Of a stretch of 64,000 nucleotides of DNA, positions 56,500 to 64,000 are shown piece after piece (within the stretch, counting starts at the first letter, position 1; each line of letters begins with the position of its first letter). A program made the translations under genes and the position numbers. The DNA is taken from positions 23,456-87,455 of IMG/VR virus record IMGVR_UViG_3300006192_000008. The stretch is one strand, 5' to 3'. The notes beneath the pieces are model-generated. The model worked only from the letters and a program-made list of their open reading frames with translations, had not been told where the DNA came from and did no database searches. The stretch comes from a virus.

Positions 56500-56588
56500 G
56501 GTGATTCTCCGGTTTGCCTTTACTTGATTGCTTTGCCTTGTGGTCAGTATACAGCAGCTAGTGACAGTGTAAAGCTTTTATTTTACTT

Positions 56589-56909
56589 TTATTCTTGCTC
56601 TTCTAAAGCATCCAGCTCATCAGGGCTTTTGCCATCTTCCCAATCAATTTCGCTTTCGTCTTCGTTGTCGATAGCTTCTTCAAGCTCGCTTTGAATTTCT
56701 GATTCATAGTCACCCAAGCCACAACGGAAGACTACTGGGTCACATTCTTGAATGATACGGCTAGCATCAAAAGTCAAGCCTGCTACTTCGACAGTCGGAT
56801 AACATTCGTCAATGTAGTCGGCATATTCAGCCTCGCTGATATCTACTTGACCATTGACAACAGTGTGACCACGGAAGAAAGTGACGTTGTTGATATTGAA
56901 ATTTGACAT
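56589..56909 (-). CDS. highly acidic early protein
   Basis: About 30 D/E versus 4 K/R in 106 aa. Confidence 0.75.
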   Translation of the reverse strand: MSNFNINNVTFFRGHTVVNGQVDISEAEYADYIDECYPTVEVAGLTFDASRIIQECDPVVFRCGLGDYESEIQSELEEAIDNEDESEIDWEDGKSPDELDALEEQE

Positions 56910-56992
56910 GGTGATTCTCCGGCTTTGATTTAGTTTCTTGCTTTGTTGTGTTAAGTATACGCCTATCTAACAAGCTGTACAATTGTAATTAA

Positions 56993-57184
56993 CTATCGAC
57001 CTTTATCATCCTGATAGCTGCAATCAATCGCACTATTGAACAGTGGCCAACTTCCCTCGGTTGTCATATCGCAATAGAGCTTTGCACTAGCTTGTGCCTC
57101 ATCATAGTCATAAGAGCCTATGAGGCCAAAGAGCATAGCAAAGCAGATGCCCAGAACGACTAATTGCCAGCGATAGAAGATCAT
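56993..57184 (-). CDS. early small membrane protein
   Basis: TM segment, YC.M...G.WP motif. Confidence 0.6.
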   Translation of the reverse strand: MIFYRWQLVVLGICFAMLFGLIGSYDYDEAQASAKLYCDMTTEGSWPLFNSAIDCSYQDDKGR

Positions 57185-57200
57185 CAGGTTTACCTACCCT

Positions 57201-57395
57201 TTACAAAGTGAAGTCTAATTGATAGCAAGCCAAATCATCGTCCATACCGATAAATTTAGCCTTGCCAGTGTTACCAGTGGCTCTAGCATAAGCTGCCATA
57301 CTTGCTTTATTGCAAAGGCTTGGCTTGTGCTCTGCCTTTGCTTTGTCTTGCATGACAGATTTAATCAGAGCGTAATGGATGCGGAAGTCTAACAT
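57201..57395 (-). CDS. early hypothetical protein
   Basis: Own promoter upstream. Confidence 0.6.
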   Translation of the reverse strand: MLDFRIHYALIKSVMQDKAKAEHKPSLCNKASMAAYARATGNTGKAKFIGMDDDLACYQLDFTL

Positions 57396-57427
57396 GGCTG
57401 CTATCTCTGTTTGGTTGGTATGTGTCT

Positions 57428-57457
57428 AGAATAGCAAAGCAGCCCGAAGGCTGCAAG
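57428..57457 (-). promoter_or_regulatory. promoter-hairpin repeat copy 1
   Basis: CTTGCAGCCTTCGGGCTGCTTTGCTATTCT: TTGCAG-N17-TATTCT with UUCG hairpin. Confidence 0.7.
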
Positions 57458-57464
57458 TTTTATT

Positions 57465-57713
57465 TTAAAAACCTAATGCCTTCCTTTCTGCCTCGGTGAG
57501 CTTGGCGAGAGCTTGCTTCTTGACAGCGCCGTTTTTAAAGTCTTTAGCTTCTTCTACAGTATCAAAGACTGTAATCTCTCTGGGGCTTACATAATCATGC
57601 TTGCTGGCAAACTTCTTTACCTCTTCCTCGCTACTGAAGCTGGCGGCATAATTTTGGCGCTCGCCACCATCCCAAACATGAACATCAAACATCTTAATAA
57701 TTTGAATAGTCAT
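57465..57713 (-). CDS. early hypothetical protein
   Basis: Start refined; ALAKLT.AERKALG C-terminus. Confidence 0.7.
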   Translation of the reverse strand: MTIQIIKMFDVHVWDGGERQNYAASFSSEEEVKKFASKHDYVSPREITVFDTVEEAKDFKNGAVKKQALAKLTEAERKALGF

Positions 57714-57751
57714 CTGTCTAACTCCAATGTATTGTTTGCTTGTGTGGCTAC

Positions 57752-57781
57752 AGAATAGCAAAGCAGCCCGAAGGCTGCAAG
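57752..57781 (-). promoter_or_regulatory. promoter-hairpin repeat copy 2
   Basis: Identical 30-mer to copy 1. Confidence 0.7.
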
Positions 57782-57793
57782 GCTTATTTTGGA

Positions 57794-58078
57794 TTATTTT
57801 AAGATAACGTCATAAATTAACCGAGTGTAGCCCATTGAGTTATCTGTAGCTGATAAGCGCATCTTACCGTTTACTTGTGATAAGAATTTGCGACATTCTC
57901 TTTTATTCTTGAAAGCAACAGAAGCAAAATCACGGCTGGCATAGTAGCTTAGACCATCACACCATACGTTAGACATTCTGAAGAAACTAGAATTTAAGGT
58001 TTTATTATCAATAGAGTGTGTAATCTTAAAAGATACTTTATCCCTGTTACTGTTGATAAAATCTATATAAGCGCTCAT
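57794..58078 (-). CDS. early hypothetical protein
   Basis: GGAG RBS; TTGACA-N17-GAGAAT promoter at about 58117-58145. Confidence 0.65.
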   Translation of the reverse strand: MSAYIDFINSNRDKVSFKITHSIDNKTLNSSFFRMSNVWCDGLSYYASRDFASVAFKNKRECRKFLSQVNGKMRLSATDNSMGYTRLIYDVILK

Positions 58079-58334
58079 CTGTCTAACTCCAATGCTGTTT
58101 GCCTTTCGTTGTAGCCATTCTCGCCCATACGCCCATGCCTGTCAAGAAAATAAATAAAATAATTTAGAAAAGATTTTAGAGAAAAGCCTTGACCTGACTT
58201 TGTAGTGTGCTATTCTTTGCACATGGGGACACGCCCGAGGGAGGGAGGTGGGCGAATGTAAAGTTTTCACATAGGTATAAGAAAGCCCGACCACTAGCAG
58301 GTAGTCGGGCAACGGCTGGAGAGCTATAGATTTA

Positions 58335-58643
58335 TTATTTTACAAGATTATAAAACGCATTACCACAAGCTAACCAATAGCCATTAATCAGTTTTTCCCT
58401 TGCAGCTTCTGATTTGCGAGTGATGCCAGCCTTTGCCAGTAGTTCTAAAATTTCATCATTCCAAAATGGTACAGTGCAAACACTAGGCAAGCCTTGCAGG
58501 TAGTCTTTGCAGGCTTTCGGGCTTGTGCCGTTATAGCCATATTCCGCCTGATAAACATTACTAAGACTACCACATTCTAGCAGGTAATTGTGATCAATTG
58601 CGCCTGCTACGATTGCTTTGCAGATTTGGTTGATAGTGGTCAT
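58335..58643 (-). CDS. early hypothetical protein
   Basis: Start refined to MTTINQ; YLQGLPS motif; TTGACA-N16-TAGAAT upstream. Confidence 0.7.
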   Translation of the reverse strand: MTTINQICKAIVAGAIDHNYLLECGSLSNVYQAEYGYNGTSPKACKDYLQGLPSVCTVPFWNDEILELLAKAGITRKSEAAREKLINGYWLACGNAFYNLVK

Positions 58644-58748
58644 GTTCGTGATCCCTTTGGTTTGTGTGTTTGTCTTGCTTGGGTGTAATTCTAGCAGCTT
58701 TGAATGGTGTGTCAAGCATTTATTTTAATTTATTTTGACTAGCTTTCC

Positions 58749-58907
58749 TTAGTACCCCAACCAAGCCAGCACAGCTTGAGCATCATAGTTCGCATCATCA
58801 CCCATATCAGCGATAAACTCAAGCCAGCTAGAGCCATGCTTTACAATTTCTTGCTTGGTGCGCTCTTTGCTGATTGTAATGTCTTCTGCGCTTTCGTAAT
58901 AATCCAT
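58749..58907 (-). CDS. early small protein (VLAWLGY family)
   Basis: Start refined after AAGGA. Confidence 0.65.
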   Translation of the reverse strand: MDYYESAEDITISKERTKQEIVKHGSSWLEFIADMGDDANYDAQAVLAWLGY

Positions 58908-58912
58908 GATTG

Positions 58913-59116
58913 TTAGTCCTTTGCAATGTAAGTGCGGATTTCCCATCCTTCGCCTGTATCTTCATTAAGCCACGTCTGATAGTTGCAAGAATGCCCGCCA
59001 GTTGTAGTGACTGCACCATAATTTGGCTGGAGTGTCAACCCGGAAACGTCACCAATCAAGGCCACTTCTTCATACTGACAAAATTTAGTGATTTTGTAGT
59101 GTTTGCAAATTTCCAT
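58913..59116 (-). CDS. early hypothetical protein
   Basis: Promoter TTGACG-N17-TACTAT with GAAA hairpin upstream. Confidence 0.6.
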   Translation of the reverse strand: MEICKHYKITKFCQYEEVALIGDVSGLTLQPNYGAVTTTGGHSCNYQTWLNEDTGEGWEIRTYIAKD

Positions 59117-59181
59117 GATCTTACCCCTTGTTTGTCTTTGTTGCGTACATAGTAGCGCCCCGTTTCCGAGGCGTCAAGCTT

Positions 59182-59445
59182 TTATTTGTATTTATTTTTA
59201 CGCTCTAGCATTATTTCTTTCTTAAAGGTTTTCATGTACCAACCGTTAAACGCTCGCAATTCTGCAAAAGCCCTATCAAAATCAGCCTTTGCCTGCTTAA
59301 ATTCTGGCATAGCCTTAACATGATCCGGCGTCAGTCCAAACGATGACTTACCATAAGAATCAAACGATTTAAGGGTTTTATCCGCACTATCTAAGGCAGT
59401 TTCCAGCACGATTTTGGTTTGCTTGGCTATTTGATAGGTTGACAT
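59182..59445 (-). CDS. early hypothetical protein (GLTPD.VK family)
   Basis: TTGACA-N17-TAGAAT upstream. Confidence 0.7.
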   Translation of the reverse strand: MSTYQIAKQTKIVLETALDSADKTLKSFDSYGKSSFGLTPDHVKAMPEFKQAKADFDRAFAELRAFNGWYMKTFKKEIMLERKNKYK

Positions 59446-59502
59446 TTTTAGTTCTCTTTTCGTTTGTGTATGGCTAGATTCTAGACCCAGCGCTTCAGCT
59501 TG

Positions 59503-59745
59503 TCAAGCAATTTTCGTAATGAAAAAGGAAATTTCTTTACCTGTTACCACATCAGTGTAGATCATAACACCTGAGACAAAATGAAAACCCTGTTTTTCTG
59601 ATTTGCTTTCTAGTGTGTATTGCCCGCCATTAGCATTAGCATATTCTTGCATAAGGCTTTGAACTTCTTTTCTTGCACTGTTCCACTTGTATTTAATTAC
59701 ATTATGACCTTGTGTGCTGGTGATCAAGAATTCTTCGCGTTTCAT
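59503..59745 (-). CDS. early hypothetical protein
   Basis: Start refined; TTGACA-N17-CACAAT with GAAA hairpin upstream. Confidence 0.6.
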   Translation of the reverse strand: MKREEFLITSTQGHNVIKYKWNSARKEVQSLMQEYANANGGQYTLESKSEKQGFHFVSGVMIYTDVVTGKEISFFITKIA

Positions 59746-59799
59746 GGCTTTGCTTCCTGTTCTGTATAGATTGTGGCCCTTTCGAGCCACCTTGTCAAC

Positions 59800-60030
59800 T
59801 TATTTATCTGTTGTTCGACCTAGCGTCTTTACTTCGCCGTTATGCTTTTCAATTGTCCACGCAATACCGTAGTGCTCGATCTCTAAAACTCGGTGACTTC
59901 CTGCATGATAACCGCTTTCAATTTCAAAACTGTAGTCTTTAATGATATTCCCGTAGCGTGTCAATTCCTTTGCAATTTCATCTAACCAGCCGTCAACATA
60001 CGCTTTCTTGATTTGTGCTTTAGTCATCAT
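59800..60030 (-). CDS. early hypothetical protein
   Basis: AGGA RBS. Confidence 0.65.
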   Translation of the reverse strand: MMTKAQIKKAYVDGWLDEIAKELTRYGNIIKDYSFEIESGYHAGSHRVLEIEHYGIAWTIEKHNGEVKTLGRTTDK

Positions 60031-60137
60031 GGCTTTTGCTTCCTATTGTTTCGCTTCGATGGGTTTATTCTAGTCAAAACAAAAGGCACTGACCAATAGT
60101 ATTTTTCAATAGCTTAGTCAGTGCCTTATAGATTCTA

Positions 60138-60614
60138 TTAATTGTTTACATTCAACTCCAAACCCTTCTTGATCCAATACACAAGCTTTTTACTGGCTTG
60201 TTCTTGTGCTTCTTTAAACCCTTTGGCTGCAAACTTGTCTTTGTCCTGCTGTTCGCCATACTGCCCGGCGTTTACTTCAAGATACCAACAATCCGAACCT
60301 TTATATTTCCACAACTTCACTTGATTGTTATAACAACTTGTGTCTTCATGCAATCCTTGCACCATGTAAACTATTTTATCCTTTGTAAGTTTTGTTTCCT
60401 CTACTTTATACCATTCTGCCTCAAAGTAAAGCCATTCAACAGCATTTACAGCATCGAAAATTTCATAATGATAATCTACATCATTCTTTTCTGTTGCCAG
60501 TTCTACAGCTTCCTGAATTTCATCGTCTAGCTTATCAAGAATGGCCAAGGCTAACAGATTATCTTCACAATCTGCTTTGTGTGCCAGTTGGTCAAGGCTG
60601 AATTGATTGAGCAT
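60138..60614 (-). CDS. early hypothetical protein
   Basis: 158-aa ORF followed by hairpin 60083-60127. Confidence 0.7.
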   Translation of the reverse strand: MLNQFSLDQLAHKADCEDNLLALAILDKLDDEIQEAVELATEKNDVDYHYEIFDAVNAVEWLYFEAEWYKVEETKLTKDKIVYMVQGLHEDTSCYNNQVKLWKYKGSDCWYLEVNAGQYGEQQDKDKFAAKGFKEAQEQASKKLVYWIKKGLELNVNN

Positions 60615-60879
60615 TTTGTGTAATCTCTTTATGTTCTAAATTCTAAGGAATTGCGACACATTGTAAGAATATGTCGTTTAAGCTTCGATTTGCCATTGCA
60701 TCTTACGACCTTTCTTCATATCACGCAAGCTTTTATTTGCTTTCTTTTGCTGGCGTTTTTCGGCTTCATACTCCCAAGCATTCATGTTATTAGCTTGTAC
60801 GTTCGATTGAATTTTCATTGCTTTCATTTTCTAGCCTCCTAGGCTGTTTGTGTTGGTGTGGCTAAAGAATAGCACAAAC

Positions 60880-61176
60880 TCATTCCTGTGGAAATTGTAA
60901 TTCTCTATGAGCTTCAAGACTTCGATTGAGTTTCTTAATCACCTCTAGTTGCTGTTCTTGTAGGATTGCGCTACGTTGTGTGTTGCCAGCAATCTGACTA
61001 ACAGCAATCCAGAAGCCAGAAAGAACGCTGACAATAACAAACCCAACCAATAGAACAATAGTTCCATAAATAGGCTGTCCACCAATAGCAACTAAAGCTG
61101 CTGTGATGATCACTAGAGCTAACAGAATATAAACTAATACATCATTGGTTTTAATAATTGCCTGTTTGATGTTCAT
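60880..61176 (-). CDS. membrane protein (2 TM)
   Basis: Two hydrophobic helices, AGGAG RBS. Confidence 0.7.
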   Translation of the reverse strand: MNIKQAIIKTNDVLVYILLALVIITAALVAIGGQPIYGTIVLLVGFVIVSVLSGFWIAVSQIAGNTQRSAILQEQQLEVIKKLNRSLEAHRELQFPQE

Positions 61177-61506
61177 TTATTCAACTCCTCTTCACTAAAG
61201 TACATTAATTCTCCACTCTCGTCAAGCTTTACAGTGATAGGGAATACAGAATCCTCAACGATTTCTGTAATGATCCCAGTCATTCTATCGAAGGTTGAAT
61301 ATTTAGCTGAGATTGTTACTTTATCGCCAATAGTTTTCATAATTACCTCCCTTGTACTAATTCGACTTTACACAAACGAACTAATGTAGCTTGTCCTGTT
61401 AGTGTGCTGCATTTCGCGTATGCGCCGTCCATGCCGCAAAACTCTAAAATAACATCACAGCCTTCAACTTTGAACAAGTCTCCACGCTTCAAATTCCAAA
61501 TGTTAA

Positions 61507-62106
61507 TCATACCAAACCCTCTTGAACCAATTGTTTACCTGTTGCTGACAATTTAGCAAGCCATTTGCAAGCTGTCAAGACATGGATATAAATAATTTTG
61601 AAACTGTTCCCATCCTGTAGCTCAGCAAAGACGCTATTGCTAGGGATGGCAGAGTAGTCGTATTGACGCTGTGTTTTAGGCTCAAAATCGAGCGTTAGCT
61701 CCAACCCCTTGCTAGGGTATTGCTCAAGCTCTAAAAGCTCTTCTTGGCCCTCCCAGCCCCGTTCACGCTGCACTCTTGCCCATGCTTTGGCGAGGCGCTG
61801 GTCGATGTTCTTTCTAGCTGCTGCCCATGATTCTAAATCAATCTGCCCAGCGTCAAATTCTTGGTCTAGTTGCTCACTCAAGCCACAAAGTCTGGAGTAG
61901 TTACGATCAGCGAGCATGATGCTATCGAATGCGCTGGTTTTCTTGGTTGTCTTTGGTTTCTCTTCAAACAACCCTATGTTTGCTTTCCCGTTAGCAAGGA
62001 AAAGGTCTGTGCTTTCCTTCAGACGATTGCCTATCTGCTCGCCAGAGTAAGAGCTTGCATCGTTCCAGCTTTGGATCAGATAGCTACGACCAATTGAACC
62101 AGACAT
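61507..62106 (-). CDS. hypothetical protein
   Basis: Start refined to MSGSIG after AGGAG. Confidence 0.7.
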   Translation of the reverse strand: MSGSIGRSYLIQSWNDASSYSGEQIGNRLKESTDLFLANGKANIGLFEEKPKTTKKTSAFDSIMLADRNYSRLCGLSEQLDQEFDAGQIDLESWAAARKNIDQRLAKAWARVQRERGWEGQEELLELEQYPSKGLELTLDFEPKTQRQYDYSAIPSNSVFAELQDGNSFKIIYIHVLTACKWLAKLSATGKQLVQEGLV

Positions 62107-62306
62107 TTTCAATACTCCTGAAAGACTTTGCGCAGTAAAACACAACCGGGGACTTCTTGCAAGAAAATTGTTCTAGCTGCGTGTTCACTTTCAGCTTTGA
62201 TGCGAATCCAGAGCAACCCTTTGCTAAATTTTGTATCGTAATGAAACTGGAAACTGTGCATAAATCACCTCAAACCGTTTGCTTTCTGTTACGTCAAATT
62301 CTAGGC

Positions 62307-62334
62307 AAAAGAAAGCCGCCTGTCAAGGGCGGCT
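62307..62334 (-). terminator. intrinsic terminator
   Basis: AGCCGCC-N7-GGCGGCT followed by TTCTTTT on minus strand. Confidence 0.7.
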
Positions 62335-62346
62335 GTGGATTTATTT

Positions 62347-62766
62347 TTAAATTTTAGCATTCTCAATCTTGTCAAGGATCAAATAGAGGCACCACTTTTC
62401 AGGCATAGAGCGGTTGAATGAAACCTTCTCGCCTGTTGGCGATGTGAACTCTGCATCTTGAGCATAAGCATACATTTTATTACTAATCCAGAAGTTTACC
62501 TTGTAACCATTTTCAAACTCTGCGAAGCAATGATATGTATCACAACGAACATTCTTCAGGCCAGATTCAATACAATCAATAAACATTTGTGTGCATTGTG
62601 AATCTGTGCTTCTGTGTATGAATAAAAGAGTTGCAGCTTGTCGTATATACTTACCGTATACACTATACATCCTACGCTTTTCATCAAAACGTTCACGCCA
62701 CTCCCAATAACGCTCTGCTAAATTAAGCATTGACAGCTCCTTTAACAGCATCTTTAGTTTGCTCAA
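62347..62766 (-). CDS. hypothetical protein
   Basis: ORF track; true start probably MLNLAE. Confidence 0.65.
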   Translation of the reverse strand: MSKLKMLLKELSMLNLAERYWEWRERFDEKRRMYSVYGKYIRQAATLLFIHRSTDSQCTQMFIDCIESGLKNVRCDTYHCFAEFENGYKVNFWISNKMYAYAQDAEFTSPTGEKVSFNRSMPEKWCLYLILDKIENAKI

Positions 62767-63190
62767 TTGCTTCTTTCTTAATCATGTTCACTGTATCACT
62801 CTTTAGAGCATCCTCTTTCAAAGCATCATCAATCTGTTTCTTCAAAAGTTCAACAGCTTTACCACCTACTTCTTTAGCTGTATCACTGGTGAGCAGCTGA
62901 TAGGTCATACCTCCGCCAACAATTACAGCCAATTCCTTTTTAGTTGGCAACAAGGCGCTAGTTGTAAACAGCAATGCTCCAATAATTACACCAGTTACAG
63001 CAAGCTTTCGATGCTTACTCATCTTTGTATTATATGACTGCATATCTTCTTTGCCTTTACTAAGCAAGAAACCTAGCAAGTATGTAAAACCGTAAGCAAT
63101 CAATGACCACTTAAACAATGAACCACCAATTGCAAGAAAAGCTGCAATCTTTTCGATTGATACAAAGACCCACAGAATAAAGAATTCCAT
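62723..63190 (-). CDS. membrane protein
   Basis: Multiple TM segments, LPTKKEL motif. Confidence 0.7.
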   Translation of the reverse strand: MEFFILWVFVSIEKIAAFLAIGGSLFKWSLIAYGFTYLLGFLLSKGKEDMQSYNTKMSKHRKLAVTGVIIGALLFTTSALLPTKKELAVIVGGGMTYQLLTSDTAKEVGGKAVELLKKQIDDALKEDALKSDTVNMIKKEAIEQTKDAVKGAVNA

Positions 63191-63768
63191 TATTTAATCT
63201 CCTTCAGTTGTTTAATCTGAGCACTAGCTTGAGCAATTGTAGCTTCTAATTCTTCAATACGCAACTGTTGTTCTGTCTTGTTTGGTAGTATTTCTGGAAG
63301 CTGTACACTCTTGATGACAGTTTCAGACTCAATTTTGATTTCTTGTGCATTTGTTTTATTTGAATCTACAGCAAACAGGATGTAATTGTTTTTATCACCG
63401 TCATCATAGGTGTTAGTAAGCAATTTCTCATTGGTGTTATTGTTAAAACCAGTATACCACTGCCATTTCATCCCATGCTCAAATAACCACTCTTGCACGA
63501 GCTTAGATTTCTCTGGACTTCCTGTGCGGATAAACCACCTATTCTCACGCAAGAACTTCTTTGTGATTTCTTTCTCATCTTCTACAACAAGTTCAAAGTT
63601 TTGTGGATCATGCGCAGAATTATAGCCCTCAAGAAGCATACTGACCCTATTCTCAAAAGATTTAACAACACCAACATCTCCAACTTTCATACCTTCGTGC
63701 TCTGAACGGATACGCTTCACTTTGTCGCCGATGTTGAATTTAAATTGTGTCATCTGTATTTCCTCCAT
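63190..63768 (-). CDS. hypothetical protein (N-terminal SH3/KOW-like FNIGDKV)
   Basis: 192-aa ORF downstream of tRNA-like element. Confidence 0.7.
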   Translation of the reverse strand: MEEIQMTQFKFNIGDKVKRIRSEHEGMKVGDVGVVKSFENRVSMLLEGYNSAHDPQNFELVVEDEKEITKKFLRENRWFIRTGSPEKSKLVQEWLFEHGMKWQWYTGFNNNTNEKLLTNTYDDGDKNNYILFAVDSNKTNAQEIKIESETVIKSVQLPEILPNKTEQQLRIEELEATIAQASAQIKQLKEIK

Positions 63769-63794
63769 TGTTTACTTTATTTGAAGATGCTTAT

Positions 63795-63878
63795 TGGAAG
63801 TCCCTGGAGGAATTGAACCTCGCACCATCCATCTCACTTTAAGGAGTACCTTAGAACGATACTGTGAGGGCAGGGACC
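63795..63878 (-). ncRNA. tRNA-like RNA lacking a canonical D-arm
   Basis: GGTCCCTG/CAGGGACT acceptor + TCCA, GAGG-TTCAATT-CCTC T-arm, CTCAC/GTGAG stem enclosing AGTATC-GTTCTAA-GGTACT. Confidence 0.65.
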
Positions 63879-63911
63879 ACTAATTAAGCATCTTCTGTGT
63901 CTACGTTTTAC

Positions 63912-63940
63912 ATCCTAATCCCTTTCCTTCACATCGTCAA
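63912..63940 (-). promoter_or_regulatory. sigma70 promoter for tRNA-like RNA
   Basis: TTGACG-N17-TAGGAT. Confidence 0.65.
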
Positions 63941-64000
63941 CCCTTTTCTGCATTAAATCTAGCAAATAATCCAGCTCACTCTTCTCTAGCATTCCTGTCA

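Noticed and set aside
63795-63878. Amber suppressor tRNA implying TAG recoding
   Set aside because: Stem register places UCU, not CUA, at the anticodon position; many genes end normally in TAG and conserved genes have no internal TAG

Overview
This is about 64 kb of a lytic, contractile-tailed dsDNA phage genome. Gene content and order suggest a PAK_P1/Otagovirus-like Pseudomonas myovirus; that assignment is inference, as no database search was run. The layout has five parts. (1) 1-4.9 kb (+): nucleotide metabolism (ThyX-like C-terminus, nrdA, nrdB). (2) 5.1-39.3 kb (-): late region from small terminase through two tRNAs, large terminase, head, tail, baseplate, fibres and lysis. (3) 39.4-54.3 kb (+): middle genes (PhoH, ClpP-like, dCMP deaminase, DNA ligase, HD hydrolase, Ser/Thr phosphatase). 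(4) 54.3-55.1 kb: non-coding, probable genome terminus. (5) 55-64 kb (-): small early genes, most with their own sigma70 promoter. Features not visible in the ORF track include two group I introns, one splitting the terminase Walker A motif and one in the tail sheath gene carrying an HNH. There is also an ORF-free, highly structured ~620-nt region between terS and the tRNAs (candidate large ncRNA, top finding) and a D-arm-less tRNA-like RNA. Further items are a pseudoknotted leader on a free-standing HNH gene, an iteron-like GGAC-N5-GTCC array next to a wHTH gene, and a -1 frameshift in the tail chaperone. Finally, there is a decayed second SAR endolysin and a set of repeated promoter-hairpin cassettes. 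All calls and coordinates were made by eye.
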